DNA from: an uncultured Bacillales bacterium
GTDB taxonomy: Bacteria; Bacillota_I; Bacilli_A; RF39; UBA660
Assembly: GCA_946408655.1 (NCBI GenBank)
Contig: CAMJTE010000002.1
Span: 1-44,551 of the forward strand
Direction: 5' to 3'
DNA: 44,551 bases
In this document: in pieces, positions 24,201 to 31,108 of the stretch
Layout: every line of letters starts with the position of its first letter
Numbering within the stretch: the first letter of the stretch is position 1
Notes under the pieces: model-generated
The model's database searches: none
Told to the model about the DNA's origin: nothing
The model's input: only the letters and a program-made list of their open reading frames with translations
Program-made: the position numbers and the translations under genes

Positions 24201-24630
24201 TGATAACAACAAAAATAATGATAGCACCAATGATAAAACCAATGTTACAAATAGTAATAAAAATGATATTCATAAATCTGAAAATAAATCGAAAGTAACT
24301 CAAGATTATAATGTAAATAATACCGATAAATATAATTATACTGTTTACTATAATCAAGAAACAAATGATTATGAGGTTTATGAATTAAATTCATTTATAT
24401 CTAATGAAAACACAGTAAGTTTAAATGATACTTCAACTAATGAAACTTCAGTTAATGAAGTAATAAATTCCGATAATACATTAAAGAAATATTATTACAG
24501 TAATAAGAAGAATAAAAATAGTAAGACATGGAGATATATTTTTGAATTAATATTCATTTCTATTATTACTTTGATATTTGTTTTATACTTATATCTACGT
24601 AACAAAAAGTTAAAGTATAATTCTCATTAA
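15226..24630 (+). CDS. Giant surface protein (~3134 aa) anchored at both ends, with juxtamembrane module, linker, FN3-like array, three beta-helix/GLUG modules, N-rich tract and C-terminal TM
   Basis: The likely start is ATG 15226, since SD GGTGGTG lies at 15214-15220 and the track starts at TTG 15223. The N-terminal TM is VSIGVLFIIMIIILILSF. The C-terminal TM is YIFELIFISIITLIFVLYLYL followed by RNKKLKYNSH (~24530-24627). FN3-like motifs include LGLYPNQEYRVVGSYVY, LKSNTKYDFEFVAYD, NLKSNNEYRLEIDTKL and LDPGIYKIEVIAK. Confidence 0.85.
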   Translation: MKKIMVSIGVLFIIMIIILILSFTKIGFFPEDGYIIMSSKLEASLLNGDGTTVKVYKINRNQNIYKRWNNIYVGENNKKKIYDETPLFSQDKSRIINLFSEGNAISSNYEKEKLYKNIALSNGRLYNYHDMKTVDDNNYIFMELDNNIFINSYDVEVNTLLTKTIIPKSSFIYFLKDEIRYYYYKDGKYIYDTIVGVDLNSNIIINENNTIYYDFLDKLGVFSKKQNEPDKEIEQDENSDQNSQNINEEKKKDNSTSEEYIAPSVKLSNMTTQTYSAYFNLLINDSQDRIKKTVTIEFIKDGKTYYKKSYKDSNNYDVLGLYPNQEYRVVGSYVYNNKNNNLVKVEFFNEIIKTKNIDNKTIKFDYQIENNYSNKLNINKLQLNIDDKDLLSGISAIGVKIDNREILLDSKSTNDIKNGNSVKLSTGEVLKSNTKYDFEFVAYDIAQNEIPISNGKQSYTTSKKIPTFKVSINKKSYSTADINVELINRDDVKLNNVRYVLKANSSGDAMINDVNLSGDTSIIKLTKLDEDNIYNIQIIGDYDLADGNGIVKNAILKDNIEFVTESLKNHPIYYEFIANDITSNSADIKLQLNNYYKNDLINQLISDIKIKLSETEDYIVLTPDEVNEIKLGKQVNIKFDNLKSNNEYRLEIDTKLTEADKKLNVKSKIKSDSFTTFKKKPEVSFTNLFTAKHYINIEYMVDDKDEALYNGKAYLKVYKIDSNSCVDENDLGCEIESTVYSELISTKNGEKIGNIEINKLDPGIYKIEVIAKKLSGLIENNGSNKTIASIQFKTNDAIDGNINLNYLMKKSDGINLFDINDSEKIKYLLTGTDASANYKMNLKNNTIEMNVTNGKAIFKLYMPEYNNKILRMSYIPTIETDSQNAQIKIICTGNKCTDKALVANNTREYVDVKVLNNYISFDISVPDSTNENIKLILKDLMISETDSIDYSPYKSNNKFIGSFNIIGNELDSIRYVTRIHDYKNDIDISDNIIECIGDDYCNYNYFDFKRALHYSVDLYVIDENTSLEYKIDELSFTTEKEIRSINNIKEFFAVHTKGSYIVNEDLDVSSVSNSIPQFSGSIDFNGHKIITDISKRNTIFGHLGSSAVIKNFVLDIKCANKIPNGVYVLNTYNDGKIENFIVNYLEENYMYDDTPNKVDTFVTAYNNGIIQNFIINFKKTFTVNYIFSALSYSNTNIIRNGYLYGKNIKLVPSTTYNSIYTVGLVSIYSSGDIYNIFSTVGIDSDYNFEGTQYNVNTIGTLVASNQKNVSNVYLYTSGKFKFKNDVVIGAYNNTSTKVTNTYYIAENSITDNRDRKSVRTFKSSLLSPEFHKNTLNDKNEKIFNITNNVINGYYPQLRLSNSMPRQDLIELPTVNTNIGDIDFVNIKNTNACYDKYDYYSDNPRYIHECNLLKDSNYLKSLNSNYTDEEINSIVSKVENNNYEYIVEVNFDNKELKPINSISIDKINKIDILSQYNDVETGYVVAILGLKDIQQYKSLYTLTSINGVDISNRYIELELYKLIATSKNNEENINSFINAIQNPGSYVLMNDIDFKNSKYNSVIVNNANIDANNHKFTNLENGTLFKELNFSTLKNLNIDNYNYKFDIGNNYGGFIGQANYSTIDNVHINNGKFQIDNSFGTIVYSTMQTYIKNSSVKNSDIISKENNNSYRYVGGISGYNQYSRITNCFVSNLNIDVETNTNFIGGITAYTSDSRTLVSNTYSDGVIKSYGNMIGGIVGNNSGTINNSYSKMTLFTSGNKIGGIAGESSSFYVSNNLFLGNIINTSENDDVRAIVGNLDISSSNYLYDKSRIDSNYSWTGELIIDSETLKSLLFYTKLINYSDSYKIDDSISNEILPKLFFDSRNDYLVPNQDDLYVNNNASSSINFSLKNFEYREDENEFSVILSVDNYLDFDSLDFKDIDVISDGLKYKSNSYKDGILEIVFTPKLYLDYYMISSINRININGNEIDSNKVDISIDKKIYKRISSVNDWMNIDGVAQNYILTDDLDFSDYANNSKIVNKNINRLECEKEDYCMIQNIESNINHSLINHLLISVSKVYFKNIRLNSALTDNYGIINTLYGSINNVVFDEINITGFEGVGIIANDYSYNISNINMNNIEITGASNIGGLSGISYNKEMKNINAKSININVKRDNDKENSNIGGLIGDNYVFGADSKAYQSNVNLSCLNIRYSDNNSYNNSTIKNVGGLIGQGRVITNATIDGCDDGTPSIINLPNANNIGGYAGFLPENALGYSGIGGGEESAIKEKYTSFNISNTFINGGDSVGGYVGSMDIGTYIITNVKVSNNTIVSGKNSVGGIIGSCKDVVFNNIFVDGITVNASADNAGGIVGKGYTYNTDVAVKDSTVIANNNAGGITGYLYVLSFGHPQSRIIVENTNITARRNNAGGLAGAFYSPQSSGINALTNASITNTKNCRIKSYTNSGGAVGYYNNINANGAYNYLELYGIHILNYDIESTSGYAGGLLGAYANDTNTILNHTIYNKNYTNIIYANIYSPIHSENLYPALKDYNSDSGNYVNNYVYKYNKIVNGDETYKVNDKNIDNSDIEINKSTGNYLFTYADVNMFKDETIYDKAFFDISNINTHFPKIIFSSSGNVSLNNFSQIPYPDQSSLTSLNSSMSNNSSALNITYTASNYNQTLDIPDIYVYPSDVDKINIDFSGYNQDLKFKINDGDYKVIDKKTYTLYYNYLENFTITITDGFNNYKYDYKKEDLINDVFTLDKNYYILKENNLITNDNLIGNYIHIFNGKLLTNDSKVVDLSDKSEYTIPYSNFEETTQKPLYEIRYQDDIIETYYSYSDISGTIKNNIEFLSKSNEIYMISAFGIDTNIKSKNFIIDSYNGSKYEVVLKNGKLYNLYDNLLFPDGFINEGIKSISNNIDGNSDLIAVLYDNGNYMCFNYKTKEIITSNKNSYEPITNYLGRNLKRSITYKANALNNVPNENIESYNESNKLVDKLNENPIVNVVENNSDNIKDINIDNNKNNDSTNDKTNVTNSNKNDIHKSENKSKVTQDYNVNNTDKYNYTVYYNQETNDYEVYELNSFISNENTVSLNDTSTNETSVNEVINSDNTLKKYYYSNKKNKNSKTWRYIFELIFISIITLIFVLYLYLRNKKLKYNSH
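20230..22690 (+). repeat. GLUG-type (xGGhxG) beta-helix repeat region inside the giant CDS
   Basis: At least 15 copies of the motif are present: VGGISGY, IGGITAY, IGGIVGN, IGGIAGE, IGGLSGI, IGGLIGD, VGGLIGQ, IGGYAGF, VGGYVGS, VGGIIGS, AGGIVGK, AGGITGY, AGGLAGA, SGGAVGY and AGGLLGA. The DNA repeat AATAATGCTGGAGG recurs at ~22248, 22328 and 22427. Confidence 0.75.
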
Positions 24631-24643
24631 TTAGTTAGGGGCG

Positions 24644-24666
24644 ATACAATATGTATTGTCTTTTTC
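24644..24666 (+). terminator. Weak candidate terminator after the giant operon
   Basis: A short AT-rich hairpin ACAAT/ATTGT (24646-24659) is followed by CTTTTT. The stem is only 5 bp. Confidence 0.3.
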
Positions 24667-24721
24667 CAATTTTGCAATTTCATAAAAATATGATAAAATA
24701 TTTCTCGTTGGGGGAATAAAA

Positions 24722-26092
24722 ATGTATAGTTCTTTTGTAAAATGTTTGAATTCAATTGTTAAATTAGATGAGAAAAGTTATGAAAATATTAAAAATCAAT
24801 TTGGAAAAAATACTGATTTGTATTTTGAGGAGTATATTTTATCAATAGATGAAACCGATTATGATAGTTATGATAAAGTTGATTATTATATTCGAGTAAA
24901 AAGTGATAATGATAATGATAAGGATATGGATATTTCAAATGATATGGATCCTAATTTTGTTATATATTATAACCAAATAAGAAAATATCCTATACTTGAC
25001 CAAAGGGAAGAAAAAGAAATAATTAGGAAAATAAGAGATTTAGAACTAGAGTTTAGAAAAAATAATATTAATGATAGTTACTTAGATGCAATTATGCTTA
25101 AGTATGGTTTTACTAAAGATTTGAAACATGATTTAGAATCGAGAAAGATACAGTTAAGGTATTTATGTAAAAATATAAATAATATAGATAATAATGATAT
25201 GCATATCTTTCAAATGTATGTTGATTATATAGATGCTAAGGAGTATTTTTATAATTGTAACTTAAGATTGGTTGTCTTTTTTGCCAAATTAATAGCTTAT
25301 AATACAAACGTTTTATTAGACTCTATTCAGAATGGTAATATTGGACTTATGAAGGCAATTGATAATTATGATTTAGATAAAGGAACAAAGTTTTCGTCGT
25401 ACGCTTCGTGTTGGATAAAAAATTATATTGCTAGGAATAATAAGTATAATAATTCAGGTTTGAAAACTCCATATCATATCATAGAAACTATGGACGCTTA
25501 TAAACGATTTATAAACGAATACTATGTTTTAAATGGTGTAATGCCATCATATGGTAAGAGGTTTGATTTTTTCTATGATGAGATGAAGAAGAAAGGTATT
25601 TACCAAAAGGAGACTGAAGACCAAAAGAAAAAAATAATATGTCAATATATGGAAGAGATAGAGATGGCTATTTATACGGAAAACGTTACTTCTTTAAATG
25701 TTTCTACGTCTTCAGTTGATGATGATAGAGTTGAGTTAATTGATTTAGTAGAAGATGAAAGTGTTGATATAGAAGAAAGTTTAAATAAGAGCGTAATAGA
25801 TGAAAACTTAAGATTGGTTTTTAATGAATTATCTAATCGAAAAATTTGTGTATTGTTACTTAGAAATGGAATTAAAATAAGTAAATACTTATCATTAGCC
25901 GAAACTAAAGAAGTTTTTAGTAAATTATCATATGAAGAAATATTTAGATTGTGGAATGGGAAATACTATTTTACGCTTAATGAGATAGCTTTATTATTCT
26001 CGGTTACTTCTGAGAGAGTTAGACAATTGGAATCAAATGGGATAAAAAAAATAAGAAAGTATCAAAAAAGATTTATTAGTTACTTAAAGTAA
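24722..26092 (+). CDS. Sigma-70 family RNA polymerase sigma factor (456 aa, group 1/2-like but divergent)
   Basis: Region 1.2-like DPNFVIYYNQIRKYPILDQREEKEIIRKI. Region 2 NLRLVVFFAKLI...IQNGNIGLMKAIDNYDLDKGTKFSSYASCWIKNYIARN. Region 3 KTPYHIIETMDAYKRF. Region 4.2 FTLNEIALLFSVTSERVRQLESNGIKKIRK. The N-terminus is acidic. Confidence 0.85.
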   Translation: MYSSFVKCLNSIVKLDEKSYENIKNQFGKNTDLYFEEYILSIDETDYDSYDKVDYYIRVKSDNDNDKDMDISNDMDPNFVIYYNQIRKYPILDQREEKEIIRKIRDLELEFRKNNINDSYLDAIMLKYGFTKDLKHDLESRKIQLRYLCKNINNIDNNDMHIFQMYVDYIDAKEYFYNCNLRLVVFFAKLIAYNTNVLLDSIQNGNIGLMKAIDNYDLDKGTKFSSYASCWIKNYIARNNKYNNSGLKTPYHIIETMDAYKRFINEYYVLNGVMPSYGKRFDFFYDEMKKKGIYQKETEDQKKKIICQYMEEIEMAIYTENVTSLNVSTSSVDDDRVELIDLVEDESVDIEESLNKSVIDENLRLVFNELSNRKICVLLLRNGIKISKYLSLAETKEVFSKLSYEEIFRLWNGKYYFTLNEIALLFSVTSERVRQLESNGIKKIRKYQKRFISYLK

Positions 26093-26155
26093 TTAATAGA
26101 TTTTTTTCTTTTTTTAGAGTATAATAAATGTGTAGTGAGAAGTAAGGAGTAATTT

Positions 26156-28048
26156 ATGAAGAAAAAAAAGGGAAAGCATGCAGTAAAAAATAAAAAGAAA
26201 TTTAATGTTTTATTTATAATTATACCTGTAATAATAATTGTACTTATAAGTTGTCTTTTGATAACTTTTAACAAAAGATTAAGTGATTTAAAGAAGTATT
26301 CTAAAACATTTATATCTAATAATAAATATCAAAAGGATTTAGGTAAGAAAAAAAGTAGTACGAAATATAACTTAAGTAAGTCTTATTATATTACTTATCC
26401 AAAGTTTTCTAATGAGAATTTAGATAATATTATTAGTGAAGAAAATTCAACAATTATAAACAATATTAAAGACAATTCTATTAAAGATAGAATATCTGAA
26501 TTGTTTATAAATAGTCATAGATATAGTATTACTGATTATGAAGTATACAATGGAATTGATGGAGTAATTAGTGTTGCTTTTATTGAAACAAAGTTTAAGA
26601 ATAAAAAAGATATTGATTATAAAAAGGTATATACTGTTAATTTAGACTCAAGAGAAAAAGAAGTATTAAATGATACATATATATTTATTGGAGACTATAA
26701 AACTAAGTTTACTGAATATATCGATAATTATTTAAATAGTAATGATGAATTAAAAGGAAAATTAACTAAGAATTTCAAAAAAATAATAAGTAAAGATAAT
26801 AGTTATAAATATGTTGTTTCTAAAGATGGGATAGTTGTTTATTTTGATAGTAATCAAATAATTAAAAGTAATGATATTATTAAGATAACTATTCCTTATA
26901 AAGAGATTAGTAGTTATCTTAATATTGATACAGAAATTATTTATAAAAGTATTAAAGATATTAAAGAAACAAAAGAAGAGTTTAAAGATAATAAGAAAAC
27001 TATGTATTTAAAAAGAACATCCAATATATATTCTAAATTTAGTAAGAATAGTAAAATACTTGATACTATTGATAAGGGAAGTAAAGTTGAAGTATTAAAA
27101 AGTAGTGATAATTATTCTATTATTAAGCATAAAGAAAAAAACGGTTATATATTAAATAAATATTTAAGTGAGGAAATAGTTTCAGATTTAGGATATACTG
27201 ATGTAAGTGAGACAGTCTATGCAAGTGAAGAGATTACTATTAGAAAGAAAAGTGATGATACATCAGATGAACTTGTAAAGCTTGCACTTGGAGATTCTAT
27301 TACTAGAATAGGGACTAATGATGAAGGTTGGAGCGAAGTTGTTTACAATAATGAAAAAGGATTTGTAAAATCTAATTACTTATCACTTGTTAAGCCTAGT
27401 AAAAATGTAGCTATTAGAATAGATAAGAATAGGAACGTTAATGCTCATGGTGGCATGGTAGCTATAACTTTTGATGATGGCCCTAATCCCTCTTCAACTG
27501 GTAGAATTCTTGATACATTAGAAAAATATCATGTTGTTGCGACTTTCTTTGATTTAGGAAAACTTGCTCAAGCATATCCTAGTGTTGTTAAAAGGGAAGA
27601 AGCAATTGGTTGCGAAGTTGCATCTCATTCATTTGATCATCCTAATTTAAATAATTTGAGTGCCGAAAGTGTTCAATCACAGATAAATAGTAGTAAAGAA
27701 GTATTTATGAGCGTATTAGGACATGATGTATCATTGTTTAGACCACCATATGGCAATGCCAATGCAATTGTTAAAGCTAATGTTCCATATCCTCTAATAA
27801 ATTGGAATGTGGATACATTAGATTGGAAATCTAAAAATAAGGATGCGATATTAAACGAGGTTAGAGTAGTTGGAAACTTAGATGGTAAAATAATATTAAT
27901 GCATTCAATTCATGAGACTACTGCAGATGCTGTAGAAGCACTTGTTCCTGAATTATTACAGCAAGGCTATCAACTTGTTACAGTAAGTGAATTAGCATAC
28001 TATAAAGGCGTTTCGCTAAATGCTGGACAAATGTATTATGGATTTTAA
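26156..28048 (+). CDS. Membrane-anchored polysaccharide (peptidoglycan) deacetylase with SH3b-like domains (PdaC/PgdA-like)
   Basis: An N-terminal TM is followed by two SH3b-like segments (...GSKVEVLKSSDNYSIIKHKEKNGYILNKYL; ...GDSITRIGTNDEGWSEVVYNNEKGFVKSNYL). The C-terminal NodB motifs are VAITFDDGP, HSFDHP, FRPPYG, NVDTLDW and ILMHS. Confidence 0.85.
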   Translation: MKKKKGKHAVKNKKKFNVLFIIIPVIIIVLISCLLITFNKRLSDLKKYSKTFISNNKYQKDLGKKKSSTKYNLSKSYYITYPKFSNENLDNIISEENSTIINNIKDNSIKDRISELFINSHRYSITDYEVYNGIDGVISVAFIETKFKNKKDIDYKKVYTVNLDSREKEVLNDTYIFIGDYKTKFTEYIDNYLNSNDELKGKLTKNFKKIISKDNSYKYVVSKDGIVVYFDSNQIIKSNDIIKITIPYKEISSYLNIDTEIIYKSIKDIKETKEEFKDNKKTMYLKRTSNIYSKFSKNSKILDTIDKGSKVEVLKSSDNYSIIKHKEKNGYILNKYLSEEIVSDLGYTDVSETVYASEEITIRKKSDDTSDELVKLALGDSITRIGTNDEGWSEVVYNNEKGFVKSNYLSLVKPSKNVAIRIDKNRNVNAHGGMVAITFDDGPNPSSTGRILDTLEKYHVVATFFDLGKLAQAYPSVVKREEAIGCEVASHSFDHPNLNNLSAESVQSQINSSKEVFMSVLGHDVSLFRPPYGNANAIVKANVPYPLINWNVDTLDWKSKNKDAILNEVRVVGNLDGKIILMHSIHETTADAVEALVPELLQQGYQLVTVSELAYYKGVSLNAGQMYYGF

Positions 28049-28087
28049 TTAGTAAAATAGAGGTGAGATTGAAAGGAAGGTGAGAGC

Positions 28088-29242
28088 ATGGGATATATAA
28101 ATGTAATATTAACTGCTATATTTGTATTTCCAGTTCTTGCCTTTTTTATTACACTCCCATATATAATTTATAACTATAATAAATTTGGTTCAATTCTATT
28201 TATAAGAACTCTATTGATATACTTATTCATCTTATATTTACTTTCAGCATATTTTCTAATAATTATGCCACTACCATCTATATCATATGTTGCAAGACTT
28301 ACAACAAAAGTACAATTAGTACCATTTGATTTATTATCAAATATTATAAGAACGGTACATTTTAATTATAAAGATATATCAACATATGTTAATCTATTTA
28401 AAAATCCCTTTGTTTATCAGACGATATATAATTTTTTATTAACTGTACCATTTGGGATTTTTCTAAGATATTACTTTAAATATAGTTTTATAAAAACGCT
28501 ATTACTTACATTTTTACTTAGTTTGTTTTTTGAAATTACACAACTTACTGGATTATATTTTATATATCCAAATGCCTATAGATTATTTGATGTAGATGAT
28601 TTAATTGTAAATACTTTAGGGGGAGTATTTGGTTTTCTAGTTACTCCTTTAGTTACTATGATGTTACCAACAAAAGAGGAACTAGATTTAAAAGCATATA
28701 AAAAAGGTACTAAGGTTAGTTCTACTAAAAGAATTATTACATTTATAATTGATATAGTTATTATCATTCTATTTTTAGGGTTAGAATTGTTGATTGATTA
28801 TATATATCGTGTACATAACAATTATATATTATATTTGGGTATATCAATATTGTTGTTTTATAATTTTATACCTTTAATAACTAATGGAAAAACGATTGGA
28901 TATAAGATAACTAATATTGTTATATCTAATGAAGATAATGGAGTATGTAAAAGATATCAAGTATTATTTAGAAATCTAATATTTACATGTATATATATGC
29001 CTATGTTATATTATTTATACTTATTATTTAGATTTATTAATAAAATAGCTAATTACCGATATAGTTTACTAATAATTATAGGTTATATATCTATTGTTAT
29101 GATATTATCTATATTTACATTAATTAGAAATTTTATACTACATAAAAGATTTTTATATGAAATAATAACTAAAACAAAATTATCTAGTACAATAGAAGTA
29201 CCAGAGAGAAGTTCAGGAAGTAGGAGTGCTGAAAGTGAGTAG
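28088..29242 (+). CDS. VanZ-like / RDD-domain fusion membrane protein
   Basis: The N-terminal half has a VanZ-like pattern (VPFGIFL..., FFEITQL..., RLFDVDDLIVNTLGGVFGF). The C-terminal half is RDD-like (NGKTIGYKITNIVI) with several TM helices. Confidence 0.6.
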   Translation: MGYINVILTAIFVFPVLAFFITLPYIIYNYNKFGSILFIRTLLIYLFILYLLSAYFLIIMPLPSISYVARLTTKVQLVPFDLLSNIIRTVHFNYKDISTYVNLFKNPFVYQTIYNFLLTVPFGIFLRYYFKYSFIKTLLLTFLLSLFFEITQLTGLYFIYPNAYRLFDVDDLIVNTLGGVFGFLVTPLVTMMLPTKEELDLKAYKKGTKVSSTKRIITFIIDIVIIILFLGLELLIDYIYRVHNNYILYLGISILLFYNFIPLITNGKTIGYKITNIVISNEDNGVCKRYQVLFRNLIFTCIYMPMLYYLYLLFRFINKIANYRYSLLIIIGYISIVMILSIFTLIRNFILHKRFLYEIITKTKLSSTIEVPERSSGSRSAESE

Positions 29243-31028
29243 GAAAGATTTAAAGAAAAGTGGATTAAAAGTATTAAAAAAACACTATATTATATTTATA
29301 TTATTGTGTTTAATTGCTGCTTTTTTAGGTAGTGAGTTTTCTAATTCAATATCTATTACAAAATTAGAAAAGCAGATATTACCGAAAGATAGTCAGGTGG
29401 TAAATAAGGTAAAGACTGATATTCAAAATAAAGCAGTTGATACAGTAGAAAAAAATACAGGAATTAATGTAAATAAAGATACAAAGAGTGTAAAAAAAGA
29501 GAAAAAGAAATATTCTAATAAAATACTAGCTACTAAAAGAGGAGTTTTTGCAACTATTGTTAATACTGTAGATAGTGGTAGTTTATATTTAACAATAGTA
29601 ATGGCTGCTAAATCAATGATTGGTACATCACAGGTATCAGTAATAATATCAATAATTATTAGTTTAATTATATTTGCTATTTACTGGTTTTTTATTGTTA
29701 ATATATATAAAGTTTTAATGCGAAGATTATTCCTAGAAGGTAGAGTTTATGAAAAAATAGCTATTAAAGATTTATTATTTTTACTTAGAGTAAAAAAATG
29801 GTTTAAAGCAACTAGAACAATGGCTAGAGTAGTTCTTTATGAGTTCTTATGGGGATTTACAATTGTAGGTGGTATTATAAAAAGATATGCTTACTTTTTA
29901 GTACCATATATTGTTGCGGAAAATCCTGATATTAATGGTAAAGACGCAATTAAGTTATCAAGCGAGATGATGTATGGACATAAGATGGAATGCTTTATCA
30001 TAGATATGTCTTTTATAGGTTGGGAATTACTTGGTATGTTTACTTTTGGACTTTCAAATTTATTTTTTACAGATGCATATAAGGTTGCGGTATTCTCAGA
30101 ATATTATGTAAGAATTAGAAAAGAAGCAATAGATAAAAATATAAATAATACAGAATTATTATGTGATAAATATTTATATGAAAAAGCTGATAATAAATTG
30201 CTTGAAGAAACATATTATAAATCACTAGATAGTATTACATATACTAAATATAAACCTAAAAATATAAAAGAGAGAATTGAAGATATATTTGGCATTAATT
30301 TATCTAGTAAAGAAAAAGAAGAAGAATATGAAAAAAATAGAATTAATGAATTATTAGTAAAAAGTATTGATAATGAGGTTAAATCTAAATCATATCCAAC
30401 TAAGTTATATATAATTAAAGGAAAAGAAAAAAGACATAGATTTGAAGTAGTAAACTATTTAAGGCATTATAATATTCCTTCATTAATACTAATATTCTTT
30501 ATTTTTGCTATTGTTGGTTGGATGTGGGAAGTTGCGTTACACTTATTAAATGATGGTGTATTTGTTAATCGTGGAATAATGCATGGACCATGGCTTCCAA
30601 TATATGGAACTGGTGGAGTATTAGTACTTATTATTCTAAATAAGTTTAGAGATAAACCTTTACTTGAATTTATAAGTATTATAATAGTGTGTGGTATAGT
30701 TGAATACTTTACATCTTATTATTTAGAAATTGCTCATAATGGTGAAAAATGGTGGGATTATTCAGGATACTTCTTAAACTTAAATGGAAGAATATGTGCC
30801 GAGGGATTACTTGTGTTTGGATTAGGTGGTATGGCAGCAGTATACGCAATAGCTCCTGCTCTTGACAATATAATTAAAAATCTTAATACAAAACTAGTAA
30901 TAACGATATCAATTATATTAGTTACTGCATTTACAATAGATAACATATATTCATCAAAGCATCCAAACATGGGTGATGGAATTACACATTATAAATCTAA
31001 TTATATAGAATATAAGAATGTAGTTTAA
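29235..31028 (+). CDS. Polytopic membrane protein, DUF975-like N-terminal half fused to a PF06541-like ('putative ABC-transporter type IV') C-terminal half
   Basis: The likely start is GTG 29235 (SD AGGAG at 29222-29226), overlapping the previous gene by 8 nt. The C-terminal pattern VGWMWEVALHLLNDGVFVNRGIMHGPWLPIYGTGGV is typical of PF06541. The family calls are from memory of conserved patterns. Confidence 0.55.
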   Translation: MSRKDLKKSGLKVLKKHYIIFILLCLIAAFLGSEFSNSISITKLEKQILPKDSQVVNKVKTDIQNKAVDTVEKNTGINVNKDTKSVKKEKKKYSNKILATKRGVFATIVNTVDSGSLYLTIVMAAKSMIGTSQVSVIISIIISLIIFAIYWFFIVNIYKVLMRRLFLEGRVYEKIAIKDLLFLLRVKKWFKATRTMARVVLYEFLWGFTIVGGIIKRYAYFLVPYIVAENPDINGKDAIKLSSEMMYGHKMECFIIDMSFIGWELLGMFTFGLSNLFFTDAYKVAVFSEYYVRIRKEAIDKNINNTELLCDKYLYEKADNKLLEETYYKSLDSITYTKYKPKNIKERIEDIFGINLSSKEKEEEYEKNRINELLVKSIDNEVKSKSYPTKLYIIKGKEKRHRFEVVNYLRHYNIPSLILIFFIFAIVGWMWEVALHLLNDGVFVNRGIMHGPWLPIYGTGGVLVLIILNKFRDKPLLEFISIIIVCGIVEYFTSYYLEIAHNGEKWWDYSGYFLNLNGRICAEGLLVFGLGGMAAVYAIAPALDNIIKNLNTKLVITISIILVTAFTIDNIYSSKHPNMGDGITHYKSNYIEYKNVV

Positions 31029-31039
31029 ATTATGAAAAG

Positions 31040-31064
31040 TTTATACATAGTGTATAAATTTTTT
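31040..31064 (+). terminator. AT-rich hairpin terminator
   Basis: TTTATACA (31040-31047), a TAG loop, TGTATAAA (31051-31058), then a T6 run. Confidence 0.5.
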
Positions 31065-31108
31065 ACGTTATGTGATAAAATGTTAGTAAGGTATGGAGGA
31101 TGGTGATT

